The position numbers and the translations under genes were made by a program. From Eledone cirrhosa (taxonomy: Eukaryota), in NCBI GenBank assembly GCA_964016885.1, contig OZ024742.1, forward strand, positions 370,140,001-370,204,000: DNA of 64,000 nucleotides, given 5' to 3'. Below the pieces are notes generated by a model. The model saw only the letters and a list, made by a program, of their open reading frames with translations, had not been told where the DNA came from and ran no database searches. This document shows positions 25,727 through 39,792 of this stretch, piece by piece. Every line of letters begins with the position of its first letter. The stretch's first letter is position 1.

Positions 25727-25942
25727 ATAATGGTTTCTGATTTAGGCACAAGGCAAGCAATTTGGAGGGAAGAGAAAATTCATTTAAATCCACCCCAGTG
25801 CATTACTGGTACTTTATTTTATCGACCCAGTAAGGATGAAAGGCAAAGCTAACCTCGACAGGATTTGAACTGAGAACATAAAAGGCTGTAACTCTCTGCC
25901 ACAAAGTATGCTGTTTGATGCTCAACTGATACTGCCAATCCA
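25727..25942 (-). mobile_element. SINE (family A)
   Basis: Matches 4504-4651 and extends to a head-like ...actgccaatccactg. Confidence 0.7.
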
Positions 25943-26080
25943 CTGTTGTGTGTGTAATAATCATACAAAATAAGAAAGGTGAAATGAAATCATTACAAGT
26001 CTTCCTTACAACTCTTCTACACATTCTTTTATATGAAATATCTGATATGTGGCTTGAGTAGCAGCTGCCTTCTTGGGGAA

Positions 26081-26637
26081 TCTAGATATATAAAGTTGTA
26101 TTCCTGTCTGTCTGTTCCTATGGTTTTGGAGATAAACCTCCATAACCATATATATTCTGAAACTACATTGTCCAGGGTACTTGGATAAGTATATTTCATT
26201 TTAATCAATGGGTTCCCCGGGGGCACAAAACCCCTGCTGAAAATATTTCCCCTTTGATTTATATGAAATTTAAACCATAAGTAAATGACAAGATATGATG
26301 ACTATTCACAAAATTTCCATAATATTAAGATACCCTCATGGGGTTAACCCCTATTAGGGTTCCCTGGGGGCACAAACCTCCACTGAAAATTGTTTCCCTT
26401 CGATTTATGAAATTTAAACCATAGGTAAATGACAAGATAAGGTGCCTATTCACAAAAGTTTTGAATTGATATATTCCAAAAAATGTTTTCCCATTTTTCA
26501 TGCATCACATTTTACATTGAGTAATATTGAAATGCAGAGTTTTTCTCCATAAATTATATCACTGATTTAAAATCAATCATCATTTTCTTACAAAAAAAAA
26601 TGTGCGACACACAGCAATGCGCGGGTAATTCAGCTAG
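26081..26637 (+). mobile_element. Non-autonomous Helitron with internal ~115-bp duplication
   Basis: Starts A|TCTAGATATATAAAGTTG..(CTGT)n and ends cacagcaatgcgcgggtaattcagCTAG|T; duplicated gggttcc...attcacaaaa blocks at ~26210 and ~26357. Confidence 0.7.
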
Positions 26638-26999
26638 TATATTATAAAATGACATTCAGTACAACACATGTTATAATGCTTGGTAATGGTGGCGCCATAA
26701 ATAAAGCTCTCAGTTCTCACTATAATGTGGTTGGTGTGAGGAAAGGCATCTAGATTTACAAAACTAAGCCCCAAGAAAAATGTTAGTTTAAGATCAGAGG
26801 AAAATCGATTGCTCTAAGATTATTTCCACATAAGTCAATAGAATGTTTGTCATACACCGCCAACAAAATCTCATAAAACATTAATAATAGTGTATATAGC
26901 GCTAACATTCCTTAATATTATCTCATTCAATATGTCATCCATTTTTGTTGATTTTAATAATTTACATAATTATTTTATTTAAAATTGTTGTTTTGGTGT

Positions 27000-27171
27000 C
27001 ATGATAAAAAACACCATGTCCACGGTTTAAATGAGGCTAGCGTTAGGAACACCCAGCCATAGAAACAGTTCCGTATGAACAATATATGGTCTTCTGACCT
27101 GGCTTGTCCCACAACAGGACAACTCACTTAAGCCATGCTAGCATGGAAAGGTGGAAGTTAAACGATGATGA
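27000..27171 (+). mobile_element. Degenerate RTE-tail copy
   Basis: gcgttaggaacacccagccatagaaa...ccatgctagcatggaaaggtggaagttaaacgatgatg. Confidence 0.65.
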
Positions 27172-27318
27172 ATGAGAGAGAACATAAAACAACTATGTTA
27201 CTATCTTGGAGAAAAAAGATTAAAAAGGAGAAACAAAGAAAAGCAATATTTGTGGCATGTTATATTCTTCTATAATAAAGAGAGTATTAAGAGATTTGTT
27301 GCTTCCACTCTGTTCTAG

Positions 27319-27397
27319 AAGATCAATGTCAATGTCTGGTTGGAACTGATGCATTGATTTCTAGAGGACCAACAGGGCAGGATTCACTGGGGTTAGG
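27319..27397 (+). other. Candidate exon running into the first satellite unit
   Basis: ttgcttccactctgttctag| acceptor; phase-1 frame reads (E)DQCQCLVGTDALISRGPTGQDSLGLG; donor AGG|gtaggg. Confidence 0.25.
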
Positions 27398-30300
27398 GTA
27401 GGGTCTGAAGAGATGTACACCACATGAGGGATTGACTGGGATTAGGGTAGGGTCTGAAGAGATGTACACCACATGAGGGATTGACTGGAGTTAGGGTAGG
27501 GTCTGAAGAGATGTACACCACATGAGGGATTGACTGGGGTTAGGGTAAGGTCTGAAAAGATGTACACAACATGAGGGATTGACTGGGGTTAGGGTAGGGT
27601 CTGAAGAGATGTACACCACATGAGGGATTGATTGGGGTTAGGGTAGGGTCTGAAGAGATGTACAACACATGTGGGATTGACTGGGGTTAGGGTAAGGTCT
27701 GAAGAGATGTACAACACATGAGGGATTGACTGGGGTTAGGGTAGGGTCTGAAGAGATGTACACCACATGAGGGATTGACTAGGGTTAGGGTAGGGTCTGA
27801 AGAGATGTACAACACATGAGGGATTGACTGGGGTTAGGGTAGGGTCTGAAGAGATGTACACGACATGAGGGATTGACTGGGGTTAGGGTAGGGTCTGAAG
27901 AGATGTACACAACATGAGGGATTGACTGGAGTTAGGGTAGGGTCTGAAGAGATGTACAACACATGAGGGATTGACTGGGGTTAGGGTAGGGTCTGAAGAG
28001 ATGTACACGACATGAGGGATTGACTGGGGTTAGGGTAGGGTCTGAAGAGATGTACAACACATGAGGGATTGACTGGGGTTAGGGTAGGGTCTGAAGAGAT
28101 GTACACGACATGAGGGATTGACTGGAGTTAGGGTAGGGTCTGAAGAGATGTACACCACATGAGGGATTGACTGGGGTTAGTGTAGGGTCTGAAGAGATGT
28201 ACACGACATGAGGGATTGACTGGAGTTAGGGTAGGGTCTGAAGAGATGTACACGACATGAGGGATTGACTGGGGTTAGGGTAGGGTCTGAAGAGATGTAC
28301 AACACATGAGGGATTGACTGGGGTTAGGGTAGGGTCTGAAGAGATGTACACCACATGAGGGATTGACTAGGTTAGGGTAGGGTCTGAAGAGATGTACACG
28401 ACATGAGGGATTGACTAGGTTAGGGTAGGGTCTGAAGAGATGTACACGACATGAGGGATTGACTGGGGTTAGGGTAGGGTCTGAAGAGATGTACAACACA
28501 TGAGGGATTGACTGGGGTTAGGGTAGGGTCTGAAGAGATGTACACGACATGAGGGATTGACTGGGTTAGGGTAGGGTCTGAAGAGATGTACACAACATGA
28601 GGGATTGACTGGGTTAGGGTAGGGTCTGAAGAGATGTACACAACATGAGGGATTGACTGGGGTTAGGGTAGGGTCTGAAGAGATGTACACCACATGAGGG
28701 ATTGACTGGGGTTAGGGTAGGGTCTGAAGAGATGTACACGACATGAGGGATTGACTGGGTTAGGGTAGGGTCTGAAGAGATGTACACAACATGAGGGATT
28801 GACTGGGTTAGGGTAGGGTCTGAAGAGATGTACACAACATGAGGGATTGACTGGGGTTAGGGTAGGGTCTGAAGAGATGTACACCACATGAGGGATTGAC
28901 TGGGGTTAGGGTAGGGTCTGAAGAGATGTACACCACATGAGGGATTGACTGGGGTTAGGGTAGGGTCTGAAGAGATGTACACAACATGAGGGATTGACTG
29001 GGGTTAGGGTAGGGTCTGAAGAGATGTACACCACATGAGGGATTGACTGGGGTTAGGGTAGGGTCTGAAGAGATGTACACAACATGAGGGATTGACTGGG
29101 TTAGGGTAGGGTCTGAAGAGATGTACACAACATGAGGCATTGACTGGGTTAGGGTAGGGTCTGAAGAGATGTACACCACATGAGGGATTGACTGGGGTTA
29201 GGGTAGGGTCTGAAGAGATGTACACCACATGAGGGATTGACTGGGGTTAGGGTAGGGTCTGAAGAGATGTACAACACATGAGGGATTGACTGGGGTTAGT
29301 GTAGGGTCTGAAGAGATGTACACCGCATGAGGGATTGACTGGGGTTAGGGTAAGGTCTGAAGAGATGTACACCACATGAGGGATTGACTGGGGTTAGGGT
29401 AGGGTCTGAAGAGATGTACACCACATGAGGGATTGACTGGAGTTAGGGTAGGGTCTGAAGAGATGTACACCACATGAGGGATTGACTGGGGTTAGGGTAG
29501 GGTCTGAAGAGATGTACACCACATGAGGGATTGACTGGGGTTAGGGTAGGGTCTGAAGAGATGTACACCGCATGAGGGATTGACTGGGGTTAGTGTAGGG
29601 TCTGAAGAGATGTACACAACATGAGGGATTGACTGGGGTTAGGGTAGGGTCTGAAGAGATGTACACAACATGAGGGATTGACTGGGTTAGGGTAGGGTCT
29701 GAAGAGATGTACACCACATGAGGGATTGACTGGGGTTAGGGTAGGGTCTGAAGAGATGTACACCACATGAGGGATTGACTGGGGTTAGGGTAGGGTCTGA
29801 AGAGATGTACAACACATGAGGGATTGACTGGGGTTAGTGTAGGGTCTGAAGAGATGTACACCGCATGAAGGATTGACTGGGGTTAGGGTAAGGTCTGAAG
29901 AGATGTACACCACATGAGGGATTGACTGGGTTAGGGTAGGGTCTGAAGAGATGTACACCACATGAGGGATTGACTGGGGTTAGGGTAGGGTCTGAAGAGA
30001 TGTACACCACATGAGGGATTGACTGGGGTTAGGGTAGGGTCTGAAGAGATGTACAACACATGAGGGATTGACTGGGGTTAGTGTAGGGTCTGAAGAGATG
30101 TACACCGCATGAGGGATTGACTGGGGTTAGGGTAAGGTCTGAAGAGATGTACACCACATGAGGGATTGACTGGGGTTAGGGTAGGGTCTGAAGAGATGTA
30201 CACCACATGAGGGATTGACTGGAGTTAGGGTAGGGTCTGAAGAGATGTACACAACATGAGGGATTGACTGGGTTAGGGTAGGGTCTGAAGAGATGTACAC

Positions 30301-33300
30301 CACATGAGGGATTGACTGGGGTTAGTGTAGGGTCTGAAGAGATGTACACCGCATGAGGGATTGACTGGAGTTAGGGTAGGGTCTGAAGAGATGTACACCA
30401 CATGAGGGATTGACTGGGGTTAGTGTAGGGTCTGAAGAGATGTACACAGCATGAGGGATTGACTGGGGTTAGGGTAGGGTCTGAAGAGATGTACACAGCA
30501 TGAGGGATTGACTGGGGTTAGGGTAAGGTCTGAAGAGATGTACACAACATGAGGGATTGACTGGGTTAGGGTAGGGTCTGAAGAGATGTACACAACATGA
30601 GGGATTGACTGGGGTTAGGGTAAGGTCTGAAGAGATGTACACAGCATGAGGGATTGACTGGGGTTAGGGTAGGGTCTGAAGAGATGTACACAGCATGAGG
30701 GATTGACTGGGGTTAGGGTAGGGTCTGAAGAGATGTACACCACATGAGGGATTGACTGGGTTAGGGTAGGGTCTGAAGAGATGTACACAACATGAGGGAT
30801 TGACTGGGGTTAGGGTAGGGTCTGAAGAGATGTACACAACATGAGGGATTGACTGGGTTAGGGTAGGGTCTGAAGAGATGTACACAACATGAGGGATTGA
30901 CTGGGGTTAGGGTAAGGTCTGAAGAGATGTACACAGCATGAGGGATTGACTGGGGTTAGGGTAGGGTCTGAAGAGATGTACACAGCATGAGGGATTGACT
31001 GGGGTTAGGGTAGGGTCTGAAGAGATGTACACCACATGAGGGATTGACTGGGTTAGGGTAGGGTCTGAAGAGATGTACACAACATGAGGGATTGACTGGG
31101 GTTAGGGTAAGGTCTGAAGAGATGTACACAACATGAGGGATTGACTGGGTTAGGGTAGGGTCTGAAGAGATGTACACAACATGAGGGATTGACTGGGGTT
31201 AGGGTAAGGTCTGAAGAGATGTACACAGCATGAGGGATTGACTGGGGTTAGGGTAGGGTCTGAAGAGATGTACACAACATGAGGGATTGACTGGGGTTAG
31301 GGTAAGGTCTGAAGAGATGTACACAACATGAGGGATTGACTGGGGTTAGGGTAGGGTCTGAAGAGATGTACACAGCATGAGGGATTGACTGGGGCTAGGG
31401 TAGGGTCTGAAGAGATGTACACAGCATGAGGGATTGACTGGGGTTAGGGTAGGGTCTGAAGAGATGTACACCACATGAGGGAGTGACTGGGGTTAGGGTA
31501 GGGTCTGAAGAGATGTACACCACATGTGGGATTGACTGGGGTTAGGGTAGGGTCTGAAGAGATGTACACCACATGAGGGATTGACTGGGGTTAGGGTAAG
31601 GTCTGAAGAGATGTACAACACATGAGGGATTGACTGGGGTTAGGGTAGGGTCTGAAGAGATGTACACAACATGAGGGATTGACTGGGTTAGGGTAGGGTC
31701 TGAAGAGATGTACACAACATGAGGGATTGACTGGGGTTAGGGTAGGGTCTGAAGAGATGTACACAACATGAGGGATTGACTGGGTTAGGGTAGGGTCTGA
31801 AGAGATGTACACAGCATGAGGGATTGACTGGGGTTAGGGTAGGGTCTGAAGAGATGTACACAGCATGAGGGATTGACTGGAGTTAGGGTAGGGTCTGAAG
31901 AGATGTACACGACATGAGGGATTGACTGGGGTTAGGGTAGGGTCTGAAGAGATGTACACAACATGAGGGATTGACTGGGGTTAGGGTAGGGTCTGAAGAG
32001 ATGTACACAACATGAGGGATTGACTGGGGTTAGGGTAAGGTCTGAAGAGATGTACACCACATGAGGGATTGACTGGGGTTAGGGTAGGGTCTGAAGAGAT
32101 GTACACCGCATGAGGGATTGACTGGGGTTAGGGTAGGGTCTGAAGAGATGTACACAGCATGAGGGATTGACTGGGGCTAGGGTAGGGTCTGAAGAGATGT
32201 ACACAGCATGAGGGATTGACTGGGGTTAGGGTAGGGTCTGAAGAGATGTACACCACATGAGGGAGTGACTGGGGTTAGGGTAGGGTCTGAAGAGATGTAC
32301 ACCACATGTGGGATTGACTGGGGTTAGGGTAGGGTCTGAAGAGATGTACACCACATGAGGGATTGACTGGGGTTAGGGTAAGGTCTGAAGAGATGTACAA
32401 CACATGAGGGATTGACTGGGGTTAGGGTAGGGTCTGAAGAGATGTACACAACATGAGGGATTGACTGGGTTAGGGTAGGGTCTGAAGAGATGTACACAAC
32501 ATGAGGGATTGACTGGGGTTAGGGTAGGGTCTGAAGAGATGTACACAACATGAGGGATTGACTGGGTTAGGGTAGGGTCTGAAGAGATGTACACAGCATG
32601 AGGGATTGACTGGGGTTAGGGTAGGGTCTGAAGAGATGTACACAGCATGAGGGATTGACTGGAGTTAGGGTAGGGTCTGAAGAGATGTACACGACATGAG
32701 GGATTGACTGGGGTTAGGGTAGGGTCTGAAGAGATGTACACAACATGAGGGATTGACTGGGGTTAGGGTAGGGTCTGAAGAGATGTACACAACATGAGGG
32801 ATTGACTGGGGTTAGGGTAAGGTCTGAAGAGATGTACACCACATGAGGGATTGACTGGGGTTAGGGTAGGGTCTGAAGAGATGTACACCGCATGAGGGAT
32901 TGACTGGGGTTAGGGTAGGGCCTGAAGAGATGTACACAACATGAGGGATTGACTGGGGTTAGGGTAGGGTCTGAAGAGATGTACACAACATGAGGGATTG
33001 ACTAGGGTTAGGGTAGGGTCTGAAGAGATGTACACAGCATGAGGGATTGACTGGGGTTAGGGTAGGGCCTGAAGAGATGTACACAACATGAGGGATTGAC
33101 TAGGGTTAGGGTAGGGTCTGAAGTGATGTACACAGCATGAGGGATTGACTGGGGCTAGGGTAGGGTCTGAAGAGATGTACACAGCATGTGGGATTGACTG
33201 GGGTTAGGGTAGGGTCTGAAGAGATGTACACAACATGAGGGATTGACTGGGGTTAGGGTAGGGTCTGAAGAGATGTACACCACATGAGGGATTGACTGGG

Positions 33301-36300
33301 GTTAGGGTAGGGTCTGAAGAGATGTACACCACATGAGGGATTGACTGGAGTTAGGGTAGGGTCTGAAGAGATGTACACCACATGAGGGATTGACTGGGGT
33401 TAGGGTAGGGTCTGAAGAGATGTACACCACATGAGGGATTGACTGGGGTTAGGGTAGGGCCTGAAGAGATGTACACCACATGAGGGATTGACTGGAGTTA
33501 GGGTAGGGTCTGAAGAGATGTACACCACATGAGGGATTGACTGGGGTTAGGGTAGGGTCTGAAGAGATGTACACCACATGAGGGATTGACTGGGGTTAGG
33601 GTAGGGTCTGAAGAGATGTACACCACATGAGGGATTGACTGGAGTTAGGGTAAGGTCTGAAGAGATGTACACAACATGAGGGATTGACTGGAGTTAGGGT
33701 AAGGTCTGAAGAGATGTACACAACATGAGGGATTGACTGGAGTTAGGGTAGGGCCTGAAGAGATGTACACCACATGAGGGATTGACTGGAGTTAGGGTAG
33801 GGTCTGAAGAGATGTACACCACATGAGGGATTGACTGGGGTTAGGGTAGGGTCTGAAGAGATGTACACCACATGAGGGATTGACTGGGGTTAGGGTAGGG
33901 TCTGAAGAGATGTACACCACATGAGGGATTGACTGGGGTTAGGGTAAGGTCTGAAGAGATGTACACCACATGTGGGATTGACTGGGGTTAGGGTAGGGTC
34001 TGAAGAGATGTACACGACATGAGGGATTGACTGGAGTTAGGGTAAGGTCTGAAGAGATGTACACCACATGTGGGATTGACTGGGGTTAGGGTAGGGTCTG
34101 AAGAGATGTACACGACATGTGGGATTGACTGGGGTGAGGGTAGGGTCTGAAGAGATGTACACGACATGAGGGATTGACTGGAGTTAGGGTAAGGTCTGAA
34201 GAGATGTACACCACATGTGGGATTGACTGGGGTTAGGGTAGGGTCTGAAGACATGTACACAACATGTGGGATTGACTGGGGTTAGGGTAGGGTCTGAAGA
34301 GATGTACACGACATGAGGGATTGACTGGGGTTAGGGTAGGGTCTGAAGAGATGTACACGACATGAGGGATTGACTGGGGTTAGGGTAGGGTCTGAAGAGA
34401 TGTACACCGCATGAGGGATTGACTGGGGTTAGGGTAGGGTCTGAAGAGATGTACACAGCATGAGGGATTGACTGGGGTTAGGGTAGGGTCTGAAGAGATG
34501 TACACAACATGAGGGATTGACTAGGGTTAGGGTAGGGTCTGAAGAGATGTACACAGCATGAGGGATTGACTGGGGTTAGGGTAGGGCCTGAAGAGATGTA
34601 CACAACATGAGGGATTGACTAGGGTTAGGGTAGGGTCTGAAGAGATGTACACAGCATGAGGGATTGACTGGGGCTAGGGTAGGGTCTGAAGAGATGTACA
34701 CAGCATGAGGGATTGACTGGGGTTAGGGTAGGGTCTGAAGAGTTGTACACAGCATGAGGGATTGACTGGGGTTAGGGTAAGGTCTGAAGAGATGTACACC
34801 ACATGTGGGATTGACTGGGGTTAGGGTAGGGTCTGAAGAGATGTACACGACATGAGGGATTGACTGGAGTTAGGGTAGGGTCTGAAGAGATGTACACCAC
34901 ATGAGGGATTGACTGGAGTTAGGGTAAGGTATGAAGAGATGTACACCACATGTGGGATTGACTGGGGTTAGGGTAGGGTCTGAAGAGATGTACACGACAT
35001 GAGGGATTGACTGGGGTTAGGGTAGGGTCTGAAGAGATGTACACCACATGTGGGATTGACTGGGGTTAGGGTAGGGTCTGAAGAGATGTACACGACATGA
35101 GGGATTGACTGGGGTTAGGGTAGGGTCTGAAGAGATGTACACCACATGTGGGATTGACTGGGGTTAGGGTAGGGTCTGAAGAGATGTACACGACATGAGG
35201 GATTGACTGGGGTTAGGGTAGGGTCTGAAGAGATGTACACGTCATGAGGGATTGACTGGAGTTAGGGTAGGGTCTGAAGAGATGTACACGACATGAGGGA
35301 TTGACTGGGGTTAGGGTAGGGCGTGAAAAGATGTACACGACATGAGGGATTGACTGGAGTTAGGGTAGGGTCTGAAGAGATGTACACAACATGAGGGATT
35401 GACTGGGATTAGGGTAGGGCGTGAAAAGATGTACACGACATGAGGGATTGACTGGAGTTAGGGTAGGGTCTGAAGAGATGTACACAACATGAGGGATTGA
35501 CTGGGGTTAGGGTAGAGTCTGAAGAGATGTACACCACATGAGGGATTGACTGGGGTTAGGGTAGAGTCTGAAGAGATGTACACCACATGAGGGATTGACT
35601 GGGGTTAGGGTAGGGTCTGAAGAGATGTACACCACATGAGGGATTGACTGGGGTTAGGGTAAGGTCTGAAGAGATGTACACCACATGAGGGATTGACTGG
35701 GGTTAGGGTAGGGTCTGAAGAGATGTACACCACATGAGGGATTGACTGGGGTTAGGGTAGGGTCTGAAGAGATGTACACCACATGAGGGATTGACTGGGG
35801 TTAGGGTAGAGTCTGAAGAGATGTACACCACATGAGGGATTGACAGGGGTTAGGGTAGAGTCTGAAGAGATGTACACCACATGAGGGATTGACTGGGGTT
35901 AGGGTAGGGTCTGAAGAGATGTACAACACATGAGGGATTGACTGGGGTTAGGGTAGGGTCTGAAGAGATGTACACCACATGAGGGATTGACTGGGGTTAG
36001 GGTAGGGTCTGAAGAGATGTACACCACATGAGGGATTGACTGGAGTTAGGGTAAGGTCTGAAGAGATGTACACCACATGAGGGATTGACTGGGGTTAGGG
36101 TAGGGTCTGAAGAGATGTACACCACATGAGGGATTGACTGGGGTTAGGGTAGGGCCTGAAGAGATGTACACCACATGAGGGATTGACTGGAGTTAGGGTA
36201 GGGTCCGAAGAGATGTACACCACATGAGGGATTGACTGGGGTTAGGGTAGGGTCTGAAGAGATGTACACCACATGAGGGATTGACTGGGGTTAGGGTAGG

Positions 36301-39300
36301 GTCTGAAGAGATGTACACCACATGAGGGATTGACTGGAGTTAGGGTAAGGTCTGAAGAGATGTACACAACATGAGGGATTGACTGGAGTTAGGGTAAGGT
36401 CTGAAGAGATGTACACAACATGAGGGATTGACTGGAGTTAGGGTAGGGCCTGAAGAGATGTACACCACATGAGGGATTGACTGGAGTTAGGGTAGGGTCT
36501 GAAGAGATGTACACCACATGAGGGATTGACTGGGGTTAGGGTAGGGTCTGAAGAGATGTACACCACATGAGGGATTGACTGGGGTTAGGGTAGGGTCTGA
36601 AGAGATGTACACCACATGAGGGATTGACTGGGGTTAGGGTAAGGTCTGAAGAGATGTACACCACATGTGGGATTGACTGGGGTTAGGGTAGGGTCTGAAG
36701 AGATGTACACGACATGAGGGATTGACTGGAGTTAGGGTAAGGTCTGAAGAGATGTACACGACATGAGGGATTGACTGGAGTTAGGGTAAGGTCTGAAGAG
36801 ATGTACACCACATGTGGGATTGACTGGGGTTAGGGTAGGGTCTGAAGACATGTACACAACATGTGGGATTGACTGGGGTTAGGGTAGGGTCTGAAGAGAT
36901 GTACACGACATGAGGGATTGACTGGGGTTAGGGTAGTGTCTGAAGAGATGTACACGACATGAGGGATTGACTGGGGTTAGGGTAGGGTCTGAAGAGATGT
37001 ACACGACATGAGGGATTGACTGGGGTTAGGGTAGGGTCTGAAGAGATGTACACAGCATGAGGGATTGACTGGGGTTAGGGTAGGGTCTGAAGAGATGTAC
37101 ACAACATGAGGGATTGACTAGGGTTAGGGTAGGGTCTGAAGAGATGTACACAGCATGAGGGATTGACTGGGGTTAGGGTAGGGTCTGAAGAGATGTACAC
37201 AACATGAGGGATTGACTAGGGTTAGGGTAGGGTCTGAAGAGATGTACACAGCATGAGGGATTGACTGGGGTTAGGGTAGGGTCTGAAGAGATGTACACAG
37301 CATGAGGGATTGACTGGGGTTAGGGTAGGGTCTGAAGAGTTGTACACAGCATGAGGGATTGACTGGGGTTAGGGTAAGGTCTGAAGAGATGTACACCACA
37401 TGTGGGATTGACTGGGGTTAGGGTAGGGTCTGAAGAGATGTACACGACATGAGGGATTGACTGGGGTTAGGGTAAGGTCTGAAGAGATGTACACCACATG
37501 TGGGATTGACTGGGGTTAGGGTAGGGTCTGAAGAGATGTACACGACATGAGGGATTGACTGGGGTTAGGGTAGGGTCTGAAGAGATGTACACGACATGAG
37601 GGATTGACTGGAGTTAGGGTAGGGTCTGAAGAGATGTACACCACATGAGGGATTGACTGGAGTTAGGGTAAGGTATGAAGAGATGTACACCACATGTGGG
37701 ATTGACTGGGGTTAGGGTAGGGTCTGAAGAGATGTACACGACATGAGGGATTGACTGGGGTTAGGGTAGGGTCTGAAGAGATGTACACCACATGTGGGAT
37801 TGACTGGGGTTAGGGTAGGGTCTGAAGAGATGTACACGACATGAGGGATTGACTGGGGTTAGGGTAGGGTCTGAAGAGATGTACACCACATGTGGGATTG
37901 ACTGGGGTTAGGGTAGGGTCTGAAGAGATGTACACGACATGAGGGATTGACTGGGGTTAGGGTAGGGTCTGAAGAGATGTACACGTCATGAGGGATTGAC
38001 TGGAGTTAGGGTAGGGTCTGAAGAGATGTACACGACATGAGGGATTGACTGGGGTTAGGGTAGGGCGTGAAAAGATGTACACGACATGAGGGATTGACTG
38101 GAGTTAGGGTAGGGTCTGAAGAGATGTACACAACATGAGGGATTGACTGGGATTAGGGTAGGGCGTGAAAAGATGTACACGACATGAGGGATTGACTGGA
38201 GTTAGGGTAGGGTCTGAAGAGATGTACACAACATGAGGGATTGACTGGGGTTAGGGTAGAGTCTGAAGAGATGTACACCACATGAGGGATTGACTGGGGT
38301 TAGGGTAGAGTCTGAAGAGATGTACACCACATGAGGGATTGACTGGGGTTAGGGTAGAGTCTGAAGAGATGTACACCACATGAGGGATTGACTGGGGTTA
38401 GGGTAAGGTCTGAAGAGATGTACACCACATGAGGGATTGACTGGGGTTAGGGTAGGGTCTGAAGAGATGTACACCACATGAGGGATTGACTGGGGTTAGG
38501 GTAGGGTCTGAAGAGATGTACACCACATGAGGGATTGACTGGGGTTAGGGTAGAGTCTGAAGAGATGTACACCACATGAGGGATTGACTGGGGTTAGGGT
38601 AGAGTCTGAAGAGATGTACACCACATGAGGGATTGACTGGGGTTAGGGTAGAGTCTGAAGAGATGTACACCACATGAGGGATTGACTGGGGTTAGGGTAG
38701 GGTCTGAAGAGATGTACAACACATGAGGGATTGACTGGGGTTAGGGTAGGGTCTGAAGAGATGTACACCACATGAGGGATTGACTGGGGTTAGGGTAGGG
38801 TCTGAAGAGATGTACACCACATGAGGGATTGACTGGAGTTAGGGTAAGGTCTGAAGAGATGTACACCACATGAGGGATTGACTGGGGTTAGGGTAGGGTC
38901 TGAAGAGATGTACACCACATGAGGGATTGACTGGGGTTAGGGTAGGGTCTGAAGAGACGTACAACACATGAGGGATTGACTGGGGTTAGGGTAGGGTCTG
39001 AAGAGATGTACACCACATGAGGGATTGACTGGGGTTAGGGTAGGGTCTGAAGAGATGTACACCACATGAGGGATTGACTGGGGTTAGGTTAAGGTCTGAA
39101 GAGATGTACACCACATGAGGGATTGACTGGGGTTAGGGTAAGGTCTGAAGAGATGTACACCACATGAGGGATTGACTGGAGTTAGGGTAGGGTCTGAAGA
39201 GATGTACACCACATGAGGGATTGACTGGGGTTAGGGTAAGGTCTGAAGAGATGTACACCACATGAGGGATTGACTGGGGTTAGGGTAGGGTCTGAAGAGA

Positions 39301-39503
39301 TGTACACCACATGAGGGATTGACTGGGATTAGGGTAGGGTCTGAAGAGATGTACACCACATGAGGGATTGACTGGAGTTAGGGTAGGGTCTGAAGAGATG
39401 TACACCACATGAGGGAGTGACTGGGGTTAGGGTAGGGTCTGAAGAGATGTACACAACATGAGGGATTGACTGGGGTTAGGGTAGGGTCTGAAGAGATGTA
39501 CAT
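27380..39503. repeat. 49-bp satellite, ~248 copies
   Basis: gggattgactggggttagggtagggtctgaagagatgtacaccacatga, with some 48-bp variants. Confidence 0.98.
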
Positions 39504-39792
39504 GAGGAATAAGAAGTGGAAGGATAACTGGAGAAATGAGTGAGACTCATATATTCACAACATTAGTGATGAGTGGAGGAAAGATGAGTGAGACTCAGAT
39601 ATATACAACATGAGTGAAGGAGAGACAATTGAGTGTGTAAGTATAGGTGACATAAGACCAGCTGGCCCCAACAGCCTGAAGCCATTGTAGTTGTATTACG
39701 TAAAGTAGAGCGGAGGAAGACATGTCTGTCAGAAGGTTTCTAGAAATTAAATCAAGTGTTTTTTCTCTGGATATCTTGTCTAACCATTTAGT

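Noticed and set aside
26029-26226. 65-aa minus ORF
   Set aside because: It spans the Helitron 5' boundary and shows no recognisable motif.
27380-39503. CRISPR array or true telomere
   Set aside because: No unique spacers and no cas genes. TTAGGG occurs once per 49 bp rather than in tandem.
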